IMG/VR virus record: IMGVR_UViG_3300040806_002192
Span: 1-53,922 of that record
DNA from: a virus
Taxonomy: Duplodnaviria > Caudoviricetes
DNA length: 53,922 nt
Strand: one strand, 5' to 3'
In this document: piece after piece, positions 18,606 to 26,567 of the stretch
Numbering within the stretch: the first letter of the stretch is position 1
Layout: every line of letters begins with the position of its first letter
Translations under genes and position numbers: made by a program
The notes under the pieces: model-generated
Database searches by the model: none
Told to the model about the DNA's origin: nothing
The model's input: only the letters and a program-made list of their open reading frames with translations

Positions 18606-19152
18606 TCTGTAATTGTTTAAGAGCAGTTGGCTCTATGTCATATTTATCTTGCAACGTTTTTAATAATCCCCCATTTGATAAAAACTTTTTAGCTTTGTCA
18701 AGATTATCAGATGTTATTTTGGGTTTACGTGTAGCCCCGTGGTCATTTGTAGCGTCCGCATCTGCAGTATCATCTATTAATAGTAAATTACCAAGCGCAT
18801 ATTTTTTAGCGTAACTAGAAGCACTCCCAAACTGCTGAGGTGTGGCCATACCTTTTTGGTGTAGATCAACACCCACAATAGCTGTAGAGTGTATTGCGCT
18901 GTTATCTTCTATATCAAACATAGTTGCTTTCGTTTCTATTATAGGCAATTGATCTGTATGTATATACTTTTCATCAATAGTAAAATACACACGGTATTTT
19001 TCGTTCATTGGTTTCAATGCCTCCAGTATATCTTCAGCTGATCTGAAGTTGTACTTGCCAAAAGAATTGAATCTAGATTTTTTGGCTTTAAACTCAATTT
19101 GAATTTTACTTAATTTTTCTGCTGTTGTCATATTATATTTAATTTGTGCCAT
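18598..19152 (-). CDS. erf: ERF-family ssDNA-annealing recombinase
   Basis: KSRFNSFGKYNFRSAEDILEALKP...QQFGSASSYAKKYALGNLLLIDDTADAD. Confidence 0.9.
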   Translation of the reverse strand: MAQIKYNMTTAEKLSKIQIEFKAKKSRFNSFGKYNFRSAEDILEALKPMNEKYRVYFTIDEKYIHTDQLPIIETKATMFDIEDNSAIHSTAIVGVDLHQKGMATPQQFGSASSYAKKYALGNLLLIDDTADADATNDHGATRKPKITSDNLDKAKKFLSNGGLLKTLQDKYDIEPTALKQLQNG

Positions 19153-19364
19153 TTCACATTATCCATTCTAAGTGCTCTAGTCATATACTTACCTTTAATA
19201 TAATAAGTATTGTGATAATCAGCTTCAATTTTCTGATTTAAATTAATGTCCGAAGGACTATTATCAATGTTGTAATAACTAAGCTCTTCAGATAAATTAG
19301 ATGCGTCGCCTCTATCAATTATGTCGTCTTCGATGTCGTATAATCTATTAATGTTATTATTCAT
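19128..19364 (-). CDS. Hypothetical protein
   Basis: 78-aa ORF directly downstream of the candidate promoter at 19368-19387. Confidence 0.55.
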   Translation of the reverse strand: MNNNINRLYDIEDDIIDRGDASNLSEELSYYNIDNSPSDINLNQKIEADYHNTYYIKGKYMTRALRMDNVKWHKLNII

Positions 19365-19367
19365 AGG

Positions 19368-19387
19368 TATAATATATATTACATAAA
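19368..19387 (-). promoter_or_regulatory. Candidate middle/late promoter motif TTTATGTAATATATATTATA
   Basis: Exact 20-nt match to 26640-26659 (+); intergenic, just downstream of the sigma gene and upstream of the replication genes. Confidence 0.55.
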
Positions 19388-19403
19388 AATAGTATTAAGT
19401 ATA

Positions 19404-20135
19404 CTATTCTTGTAGATAATTTTGAATTATTTCTTTAACTTCTTCATTTTGTAACTTTTTTAAAGCTTCCGCTTTTTTCTTTTTAACCCATATTTCAGAT
19501 TTGTTAGCCCATTCAGCTATTTTAGCAACACTGAGCTTTTTGTCATAAGGCTCATCAATACCATAATATTTACATATGATACCTTTTTCCATGGGTGTTA
19601 AATATTTATCCATAACTTTATTTAAAAAGTCATTTAATAAATCATTATCATAACTGGAAACTTCGTTTGCAATATCTAAATAATAATCATTAAAGAAAGA
19701 AGAAAACGTTCTTGTTAAGAATATATCGGTTTGATAATTCATATCGTATTTTCCTCCGTGTGTGGTTCCGTGAGGCTTTTCTGTGTAATATGCCTCTGGA
19801 ATTCTAATAGTGTCTCTATCGCGAGCTATGGCTCTTCTAATACCGTTTTTTATGTTCAATTTTAAATAATTTGTTATAACAGCGGGTTTTTCATCGTCAT
19901 CTGCTTTATCTATTATATCCCAGTTTAATTTTTTCCATGCTTTATAAAAAGAACAATAACCTTCTTGTAATAAATCTGTAAGATCAAGTACGCCTATTCG
20001 AGGGTATGATCTTTCAAAGATATTAGCTAAAGATTTTGGCCATTCTATATAAGGAGACCTTAATGGGTCAATTCTGTGATATGATTTTAGATTATTTAGA
20101 TGCGATTTATATGTAGCGTGGCTGTACCATTTCAT
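19404..20135 (-). CDS. Phage-encoded sigma70-family RNA polymerase sigma factor
   Basis: Region 2 LDLTDLLQEG...YLKLNIKNGIRRAIARDRDTIRIP; region 4 LTPMEKGIICKYYGID...LSVAKIAE...KAEALKKLQ. Confidence 0.88.
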   Translation of the reverse strand: MKWYSHATYKSHLNNLKSYHRIDPLRSPYIEWPKSLANIFERSYPRIGVLDLTDLLQEGYCSFYKAWKKLNWDIIDKADDDEKPAVITNYLKLNIKNGIRRAIARDRDTIRIPEAYYTEKPHGTTHGGKYDMNYQTDIFLTRTFSSFFNDYYLDIANEVSSYDNDLLNDFLNKVMDKYLTPMEKGIICKYYGIDEPYDKKLSVAKIAEWANKSEIWVKKKKAEALKKLQNEEVKEIIQNYLQE

Positions 20136-20344
20136 GTATCTAGTATTCTTAATCTTCTACTATATTTTCTTATAAGCTCTGCCTTTCTTTTAAGCAGCTT
20201 TACTGGAATCCTATTTTTTATTGAGGACTCTAATACTTCTTGTATTATTTCGTTTCGTAGTTGCATTATTCTTTCAAAAAGAAAATCTTTATGATCTTTT
20301 TTTCTTGTGCAAAGAATTGTTTTGTTTCCTATTTTTATTTTCAT
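20132..20344 (-). CDS. Basic hypothetical protein
   Basis: 70-aa ORF with ATGA overlap to the sigma gene. Confidence 0.6.
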   Translation of the reverse strand: MKIKIGNKTILCTRKKDHKDFLFERIMQLRNEIIQEVLESSIKNRIPVKLLKRKAELIRKYSRRLRILDT

Positions 20345-20419
20345 TTTGAAAATCTTTTATTTTTTTAGCAACGCCGAAAGCGTTGGTGTATAGCAAATGT
20401 CTGTATTGTTTTATTGCGC

Positions 20420-20575
20420 TCATAACCAGTTAATTATAATGTTTATAGATATTAATATATTTGTTATAACAGCCTGTGCTATTAATAACGTTCTTACAAA
20501 AGCAACAGTATCTGCGTTTTCTGCCGCTTTTTCACCTAAAGCTTTAGCCCATATTCTCCATATTTTTTTTAACAT
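20420..20575 (-). CDS. Small membrane protein (51 aa, below cutoff)
   Basis: MLKKIWRIWAKALGEKAAENADTVAFVRTLLIAQAVITNILISINIIINWL*; WRIWAKALGEK-type small proteins recur in marine phages (from recall). Confidence 0.6.
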   Translation of the reverse strand: MLKKIWRIWAKALGEKAAENADTVAFVRTLLIAQAVITNILISINIIINWL

Positions 20576-20730
20576 ATTTCTTCAAAATCAATTATTGCTT
20601 CATTACTAAAGTATTTTAATATGCCGGCAACTGTAGCGTCTTGAACGTGATCAGCTACTTGCGTATTAATTAAAAATTCGTCGTGACCATATTTTGGACA
20701 GTCAACAATTAGCTTACATAATATACTCAT
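20569..20730 (-). CDS. Small hypothetical protein (53 aa)
   Basis: MSILCKLIVDCPKYGHDEFLINTQVADHVQDATVAGILKYFSNEAIIDFEEIC*; overlaps neighbours by a few nt. Confidence 0.5.
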   Translation of the reverse strand: MSILCKLIVDCPKYGHDEFLINTQVADHVQDATVAGILKYFSNEAIIDFEEIC

Positions 20731-20900
20731 TTTAATACGTCTGACCAGTGTTCTTTTTCTTCAATATAAGTTATACCACCTTTATTAAAATATAAATCTT
20801 TATATTTATTAAAGCTATTTGGTATACTACCAATCTGATAAGGTTTAAATGTAATTGTTCGGTTGTCCATTGTACTTGTTAATTTAATTTTTTTATTCAT
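20727..20900 (-). CDS. Small hypothetical protein (57 aa)
   Basis: MNKKIKLTSTMDNRTITFKPYQIGSIPNSFNKYKDLYFNKGGITYIEEKEHWSDVLK*; ATGA coupling downstream. Confidence 0.5.
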   Translation of the reverse strand: MNKKIKLTSTMDNRTITFKPYQIGSIPNSFNKYKDLYFNKGGITYIEEKEHWSDVLK

Positions 20901-21171
20901 TTGTTTTTGTTATTAATGCGAAAAATAATACTTTTAATATTGTGCCTAAAAATATGCCAATAGCAATATCGATTTTTTCTATGCCTAATTTATAAAATAA
21001 ATAAATTACAGATGCGTCAATACTTAGCATAAGTATCATTGATACCATTACAAAGATACCAAAAAAATCTTTAATATAAAAAATTAATAAAGCAATTGAT
21101 AATAATAATAAACTTAATATAACACTATTCATAATTACGTAATGCTTTAGCTCGAGGGAAACGATAAGCAC
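20893..21171 (-). CDS. Small multi-TM membrane protein (true start probably ATG near 21131)
   Basis: Three hydrophobic segments; very AT-rich. Confidence 0.5.
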   Translation of the reverse strand: MLIVSLELKHYVIMNSVILSLLLLSIALLIFYIKDFFGIFVMVSMILMLSIDASVIYLFYKLGIEKIDIAIGIFLGTILKVLFFALITKTNE

Positions 21172-21991
21172 CGGCTGGTGTGCGCTCGAAGTACTCGAAT
21201 GTTAGTTGTTTGCCAATATAGGATGCTCTGTTGTGCCAGATGCCTTGACGATCAAGTATTGTAAGTGATGGCCAAGGTACTTCAACTACTCGATTGTCTG
21301 AATCAACACCGATGAATTTGCCAAGACCGTTTTTGAATTTGCCGCGGCCTTCAATGTAATCAGTGATCGTGATCTCGGTGTCCGACCAGTCTTTGACTTT
21401 TTGTAGTGTGTAGCTTCGTTTTTGTTCATAAGGTTTGTTTTGCCTGAGCATAGAGCCTTCGTAGCCATTTGCTTTGTTTTGTTTGTGAAATTTGTTTAGT
21501 TTAGTTTCTGAGTAAATAACTTTAGTATCAACCTCGTGGGTAAACTTAAGTTTGTATTTGCTTTTAAGACTTGTAATAGCAAGTGTACGATCAATAAAAT
21601 CAACATTAGAAAAGCCTGTTGTTTCAAATAAATCGTAGCAATGGAATTGCAAATAACTTGCTGCTTCAAATTTATCTTGTTGTGTCGGTTTTTGTTTACG
21701 AACAAGAGAAATTATTTTGTTGAAATTGTTTTTAAACCTATGATTGTAAAGCTCGCCATCAAGAATAAGATAAGGATTATCAGCAAAAAGTGGTTTAAGC
21801 TCAGTGAGTATATGTTTACAATTGTAGAATTGCTTACCGTTTCTGCTAAATGCTCCATTGGCTGTAATGTAGCAGCGAACGCCGTCGAGCTTAGGTTGAA
21901 TAAATAATGTTTGATCATAGTCAATTTGTTTTGATACTGGGTGCGCCAGCATTGGTTTAAAGTTTGTCATATTCTTTTTTAAGTTTGTCAT
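21125..21991 (-). CDS. ATP-dependent DNA ligase
   Basis: KPMLA, motif I QPKLDGVR, LDGELY, FHCYD, YEGSMLR, KVK, YRFP. Confidence 0.93.
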   Translation of the reverse strand: MTNLKKNMTNFKPMLAHPVSKQIDYDQTLFIQPKLDGVRCYITANGAFSRNGKQFYNCKHILTELKPLFADNPYLILDGELYNHRFKNNFNKIISLVRKQKPTQQDKFEAASYLQFHCYDLFETTGFSNVDFIDRTLAITSLKSKYKLKFTHEVDTKVIYSETKLNKFHKQNKANGYEGSMLRQNKPYEQKRSYTLQKVKDWSDTEITITDYIEGRGKFKNGLGKFIGVDSDNRVVEVPWPSLTILDRQGIWHNRASYIGKQLTFEYFERTPAGAYRFPRAKALRNYE

Positions 21992-22325
21992 ATATTTCTT
22001 GTAGTTCAGTTAATAATTCGTATTTTTCTTCATTTAGTAATTTTGATCTTTGATCGTCGAGTTGCTGTAATTGCATGTATAATATATCTTTACGATCAAT
22101 ATGCTTTATGTTTCCAAAGCCATCTACTTGGTGGTGAAAAAATTCTTGAGGGCTCATTGGTTCCCATGATTGTGGTGCAGGTTCTTCTTCAAAAAGTTTT
22201 TCTAATTTTTTGCTAACTTTGTCAGCAATAAGCTGAGCAAGCTTTTCTAATTCTTTGTTAGTCATCTGTATCCTCGTTATCGTTAATCCATTGCTCAATT
22301 TCATACTCAGGCATAAACTCTTCAA
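21957..22325 (-). CDS. Hypothetical protein with C-terminal UVR-like helical hairpin (start probably near 22265)
   Basis: LQQLDDQRSKLLNEEKYELLTELQEIYDKL resembles the UvrB/UvrC motif. Confidence 0.5.
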   Translation of the reverse strand: MKSLCLSMKLSNGLTITRIQMTNKELEKLAQLIADKVSKKLEKLFEEEPAPQSWEPMSPQEFFHHQVDGFGNIKHIDRKDILYMQLQQLDDQRSKLLNEEKYELLTELQEIYDKLKKEYDKL

Positions 22326-22584
22326 TATCAGATATATGTACTTCTGAATTAGGGCCTAATTCCATGATACGATCCATAATATCATTAAATGATGGCGGAT
22401 AATAAAATATACTATTTTCCCAGTCAATGTCTACGTCGTGGTCATATGGTGTATCTTTCATAAGATATACGTCATATCCATCTGCTGTGGTGCGTGTACT
22501 AATTTCAAAATCATAGCTATCATGCTTATAATCTTCGGTAATTGTAATGTTTAATTTTTGTTGTAATTTTTCAATTGCAGTCAT
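22258..22584 (-). CDS. Highly acidic early protein
   Basis: 108 aa, about 29 D/E versus about 6 K/R. Confidence 0.6.
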   Translation of the reverse strand: MTAIEKLQQKLNITITEDYKHDSYDFEISTRTTADGYDVYLMKDTPYDHDVDIDWENSIFYYPPSFNDIMDRIMELGPNSEVHISDIEEFMPEYEIEQWINDNEDTDD

Positions 22585-22590
22585 ATATAT

Positions 22591-22833
22591 TTATTTAGTT
22601 AATTGTTTTGCATAATAAGTTTCATAAGGTATAGAATTTGTATCATCTACAAGTTCAGCAATACGTTTCCACACTCTAAGCTCATTTATATGATACATAC
22701 ATTGATGCATATTTAATTCTGGAAATGCACCTTTGCGTCGTTTTCTAAATAGATCACGCGCCATTAATCTGTGATTAGCCATTTTGGCTATCAGCTTTGA
22801 TTCAATTCTTAAGTCAATTTGTTTTTTAGTCAT
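22591..22833 (-). CDS. Basic hypothetical early protein
   Basis: 80-aa ORF with AT-rich leader. Confidence 0.6.
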   Translation of the reverse strand: MTKKQIDLRIESKLIAKMANHRLMARDLFRKRRKGAFPELNMHQCMYHINELRVWKRIAELVDDTNSIPYETYYAKQLTK

Positions 22834-22846
22834 AATTTTAATTTAG

Positions 22847-22922
22847 TGGACGTGGGAGGAGTCGAACCTCCGTTTGTTGATAGTGTACTTTCGAACTTTG
22901 TCAACACTTACCCGTCACGCCC
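22847..22922 (-). ncRNA. tRNA-Ala-like / tmRNA tRNA-like-domain (TLD)-only RNA
   Basis: GGGCGUG/CACGUCC acceptor stem with G3.U70 and discriminator A. Perfect T-arm GGAGG-UUCGACU-CCUCC. No D-stem or anticodon arm; a UGUUGA/UCAACA helix takes their place. Fills an intergenic gap exactly. Confidence 0.7.
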
Positions 22923-23113
22923 TATTTTCTTCGCCAAGCTCTGTGAACATTTGCACTTGTAGCTTGATCAACGATTTGTACTTCTAATACTTGTTTGTTT
23001 GCAATGATTGGCACATAACTATATAATTGTGTATCAGAGCATTGCACACATTTATTATAGCCAAGATCAATTCTTGCTTGTGGCATTACTTTGCCACATC
23101 TACAATATTTCAT
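22922..23113 (-). CDS. TraR/DksA-like C4 zinc-finger protein
   Basis: CRCGKVMPQARIDLGYNKCVQC matches the C..CG..IP..R......C..C pattern. Confidence 0.6.
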   Translation of the reverse strand: MKYCRCGKVMPQARIDLGYNKCVQCSDTQLYSYVPIIANKQVLEVQIVDQATSANVHRAWRRK

Positions 23114-23292
23114 AATTGTTGGTTTAGTATATAATTTAATACTTGTTTAGTTGTGCCTTGCATGCTTTGTACAACGCCATTTTGATCTTCATATTGAAGT
23201 TTATAAAATGATGGCTTGTGTATAGCAAATTCGGTATTGAATTTATTGCCCGCCATTTTCATCTGTTTTCGTTGGTTCATATTTATTATCAA
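23110..23292 (-). CDS. Hypothetical early protein
   Basis: Small ORF in the tightly packed early operon. Confidence 0.5.
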   Translation of the reverse strand: MIINMNQRKQMKMAGNKFNTEFAIHKPSFYKLQYEDQNGVVQSMQGTTKQVLNYILNQQL

Positions 23293-23473
23293 TATAATCG
23301 ATTAATCTGATTGTAAAGTATTCAATTATATCGTTACCATCAAAGCCATCATCAAGTAAAGGCTTTAGCTCTTTAATGTTGTAGTCAATAGCAAATACGT
23401 CAACAATTAATTGCATTCTATCATGCTTTTGTTTAATTTCTAAATAGTTTTCTAGTTTTGTGTTTTTATTCAT
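23243..23473 (-). CDS. Hypothetical early protein
   Basis: First ORF of 60 aa or more downstream of early promoter copy 4. Confidence 0.55.
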   Translation of the reverse strand: MNKNTKLENYLEIKQKHDRMQLIVDVFAIDYNIKELKPLLDDGFDGNDIIEYFTIRLIDYIDNKYEPTKTDENGGQ

Positions 23474-23584
23474 AATATTTAATTTATATTTTTGTTTTTT
23501 ACTAATAATGAAAATAAGATAAAGTTATATTTTCAGATTCATCAATTTGTAATTTAAGAAACATATTATTAATTTCTTCACTTA

Positions 23585-23616
23585 TATTATCACTTTGTGT
23601 ATTAGTTTGTAACGTA
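23585..23616 (-). promoter_or_regulatory. Early promoter copy 4: TACGTTACA-N14-GTGATAATA
   Basis: Intergenic; one of four copies with exact boxes and identical 14-nt spacing. Confidence 0.8.
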
Positions 23617-23620
23617 TTTT

Positions 23621-23854
23621 TCATAATAAATTTTTAATTATTTCATGGCGTATTTGATAAGCAAAATTAATATAATCGTCACCCTCTAAACTTTCAGCAT
23701 ATTCGTGTCCATCTGTTTGCCATGCAATTGTTTCTTGTATTTGTTCGCTGACAACAGGAGCTATTCGCTCAGCTAAATCTTGTATTGCTATTTGTCTTTC
23801 TTTTTTCATATTACCATAATTTAATTCCGCATTCAGTGCACAAAGGCATTGCAT
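23621..23854 (-). CDS. Hypothetical early protein (start probably MKKERQ near 23809)
   Basis: ORF ending just before promoter copy 4. Confidence 0.5.
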   Translation of the reverse strand: MQCLCALNAELNYGNMKKERQIAIQDLAERIAPVVSEQIQETIAWQTDGHEYAESLEGDDYINFAYQIRHEIIKNLL

Positions 23855-23923
23855 CTACGTTTGATTTATAAAATTCTATTTCTTCTTCTTGCAATGGTTC
23901 GTTGCAATATGTACATTTTGTTA

Positions 23924-24121
23924 TCATGCTATTTTTATATATTGGTTTTCTTCGTTCCAAGCTTTATTTGTCATATATCCAGTTGTATAATATTCATTAA
24001 AGTCTAGTCTTCTCATCATATCTTTATATTCACCGGTCATTTCAGGTTTTTTGCATTGTTTAATATAATGTATTGTTTTAATACCTTCTTTGTTTGTTCC
24101 GTAAAATATCCAGTTATTCAT
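23924..24121 (-). CDS. Hypothetical early protein
   Basis: 65-aa ORF overlapping its upstream neighbour by 8 nt. Confidence 0.55.
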   Translation of the reverse strand: MNNWIFYGTNKEGIKTIHYIKQCKKPEMTGEYKDMMRRLDFNEYYTTGYMTNKAWNEENQYIKIA

Positions 24122-24311
24122 TTTTTAATAATTTAATTAGTTCTTCATTGCAGAGCATATGTCTGGTTTGATTTGCAGTGAAGTTATCAAGGTGTAGTAT
24201 TTGTTGATCGAGTGATAAACCGCCTTGCATAATTCTTTTGCTTATAAGATCCATTTTAGTTTGTGCATCGTGCGCAACATTTCTTAATTCTTTAATTCTT
24301 TTTAGATTCAT
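24114..24311 (-). CDS. Hypothetical early protein
   Basis: 65-aa helical ORF. Confidence 0.55.
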   Translation of the reverse strand: MNLKRIKELRNVAHDAQTKMDLISKRIMQGGLSLDQQILHLDNFTANQTRHMLCNEELIKLLKNE

Positions 24312-24535
24312 ATTGCACCGCCGATGTTATAGGTTGTAAACTTATTTAAATATACGCCGTGGTACATAATTGCAATTATGCTTGGCAATATAAATGTTAA
24401 TGCAATAATTCTAATAGTCAATTCTAAGTTTTTCATTTTAATCCGTATTGTGTTTTTAATTTATTTTTTGTAATATTTAATTGTTTACTTATTTCAGTTA
24501 TGCTTTTATTATCTATAATATATAATCTCCAAACT

Positions 24536-24850
24536 TTATGCATTTGCTTCTTCTTCTTGTAATTTCATTTTATCGTAAGTTAATGTATCATTGTGATCGT
24601 TAAGCAAATCATATATTGCAGCATATGCAGCTTGAGACCAGTTTTCAGCTCTGCCATATACATCATGCTCTTCAAATATATCATAATCTAAAGCATCACA
24701 TATTTTTTTACTTTCGTGAGTATAGATAACTTTGTTGTCAATCCAATCGTGCAATTGGTCGTAAAAATCATCTTGATTGTTAATTGTACCGTCGTGGTAC
24801 ATTAGCCACATATCGTCGTTAAATTCATATACTAAATCGTTTCTAGTCAT
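24536..24850 (-). CDS. Ocr (T7 gp0.3)-like acidic DNA-mimic anti-restriction protein
   Basis: 25 D/E versus 7 K/R in 104 aa. Pattern I...DD..D..H...DN.V...D.FE...A.IY..L aligns by eye with T7 Ocr as recalled; early-region location. Confidence 0.6.
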   Translation of the reverse strand: MTRNDLVYEFNDDMWLMYHDGTINNQDDFYDQLHDWIDNKVIYTHESKKICDALDYDIFEEHDVYGRAENWSQAAYAAIYDLLNDHNDTLTYDKMKLQEEEANA

Positions 24851-25032
24851 AATCTATAATAATTTTTAATTGTTTCTTTACTTGCTTTATTGAATGCATC
24901 AACATTTGCTCGATAGTTTGGATCGGTGCAATATTTTTTCATTGCTCTTGACGCAGTACATTCGCCATATTTTTCTTCAAATGTAGCAATTTGTTTTAAT
25001 TTATCGTCAATCATTTGTTTAGTTAATTGCAT
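24847..25032 (-). CDS. Hypothetical early protein
   Basis: 61 aa, ATGA-coupled to the Ocr-like gene. Confidence 0.55.
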   Translation of the reverse strand: MQLTKQMIDDKLKQIATFEEKYGECTASRAMKKYCTDPNYRANVDAFNKASKETIKNYYRL

Positions 25033-25192
25033 TTTATTTTATATTTTTTATTAATTTGTGTATTTCTTTTGTATCTTTTATATGATAATTAGAATGATAC
25101 TTATCATTTACTTTTATAACCGTGTCTATTAAATAATCAAATTCTTTGTCAGTGTAATAAAGTTCAATTGTGATTTTTTTAGTGTGCATTTA

Positions 25193-25375
25193 TTATTTTT
25201 TATTTATATTATTATTATCACTTATTAGTGGTACTTGTAACGTATTTTTTTTATTATTTTTAATTTTATAAATTTCTTTTTCTACGTCTTTACGTGTAAT
25301 TTCACCTCTCATTTGTTTATTAATTAAACTTGTAAAGTCGTATTCTTTTCCGTTATGATTCATTACTACTATCAT
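25193..25375 (-). CDS. Hypothetical early protein
   Basis: 60-aa ORF whose 3' tail runs through promoter copy 3. Confidence 0.45.
   Translation of the reverse strand: MIVVMNHNGKEYDFTSLINKQMRGEITRKDVEKEIYKIKNNKKNTLQVPLISDNNNINKK
25213..25244 (-). promoter_or_regulatory. Early promoter copy 3: TACGTTACA-N14-GTGATAATA
   Basis: Exact boxes, 14-nt spacer AGTACCACTAATAA. Confidence 0.8.
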
Positions 25376-25564
25376 AATTTACTAAATTTTTCTATTAATT
25401 CTAATTCTATTTTACATTCTTCTTTATCACTTTCGGATAATTCATTTAATCTATCAATATTATATAATACTTTTACATAATCTTTAAGATCAAAATATAA
25501 TCTATCTATTTCTTTTTGAGTTAATTCTACTTTCATATTTTTATTTTTTTTGTGTATAGCAATT

Positions 25565-25762
25565 TTATAATATTGAATAATATATATCGTTTATATTATA
25601 TCCTTCAAATTTTAATTCTTCATCTAATAATTCTTCTTCAAATATTCTTGTAAAATCATCATTATTATCATCTAAATTTATAATATTATTTATATATAAT
25701 ATATCTAATTTATTATCACTTTCTTGATCGTACAATTGTACGGAAAAATTATTTTGTATCAT
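25565..25762 (-). CDS. Acidic hypothetical early protein
   Basis: 65 aa, D/E/N-rich. Confidence 0.5.
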   Translation of the reverse strand: MIQNNFSVQLYDQESDNKLDILYINNIINLDDNNDDFTRIFEEELLDEELKFEGYNINDIYYSIL

Positions 25763-26308
25763 ATTTTTATTTTTTATTTATCGATTTTATTCAACAGTTT
25801 TTATAGTAGTGTCAGAAAATTGTTTACTCAAATCCTCTACTTTCATATTTTATTTATAATTCTTTATATTCTACTAAATCTTCTTTATAAATTTCTTTTA
25901 TTTCATTTATATTTTTACATGTAACTATTTTAGTTAATATTCCATTAAACTTTTTATAATAACTACTATTTTTATTACTTAATCTATTTTTTAATTTTAT
26001 TTCAAAACTTTTCATTATAGACTATGTTTAATTATTAATCTTTCATTTTCACTTAAGTTATAATATCTTTTTAGTTTATAACTTAATAATTCTTTATTCA
26101 TATTTGAATTTTTGTAACTTTGTATTATTTTATTTAATTTCATATTTTTATTTTTATTTATTCATTTCAATTATTTGATTATATATTTCATTTATTTCTT
26201 CTTCACTAAAAGTTAATAAATCTTTAAAATCTTTTTCATTATGAGTATTTTTAATATACTTTTTTATAAATTTTATTTTATTTTTCATATTTATTTTATT
26301 TACATTAT

Positions 26309-26340
26309 TATTATCACTTTATTATATATTTTGTAACGTA
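26309..26340 (-). promoter_or_regulatory. Early promoter copy 2: TACGTTACA-N14-GTGATAATA
   Basis: Exact boxes, 14-nt spacer AAATATATAATAAA. Confidence 0.8.
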
Positions 26341-26540
26341 CTTTTAAGATTATTTTTATTTATAAAACTTAAACCTTTTAAATTAAATTCTACAATGTTT
26401 TTATTTTTTATAAATTCTTTTAAAGAAAACAAATCATTTATATTAAAACCTAAATAAGTTGTATTATTAAATTTAACTTTTTTATATTTTAGTAATTTAC
26501 TTTTGTAGTGATTTGTTTTAAGATGTTTTAAATTTGACAT
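26322..26540 (-). CDS. First early gene, basic hypothetical protein
   Basis: ATG lies 28 nt downstream of promoter copy 1. Confidence 0.55.
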   Translation of the reverse strand: MSNLKHLKTNHYKSKLLKYKKVKFNNTTYLGFNINDLFSLKEFIKNKNIVEFNLKGLSFINKNNLKSTLQNI

Positions 26541-26567
26541 TGTATTTATATTTTTTAATTACACTTA

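Noticed and set aside
20369-20385. Hairpin CAACGC-N5-GCGTTG as a terminator
   Set aside because: On the transcribed (minus) strand it is followed by an A-run rather than a U-run, and it appears to lie in a short ORF.
22847-22922. Conventional tRNA gene or prophage att site
   Set aside because: No U8, D-stem or 5-bp/7-nt anticodon arm. No integrase in the window, and both the 5' and 3' acceptor strands are present.
25711-25743. Fifth copy of the early promoter
   Set aside because: Only the TATTATCAC box matches; the second box is degenerate, mis-spaced and inside an ORF. A similar half-match at 23284-23320 has a 19-nt spacer.
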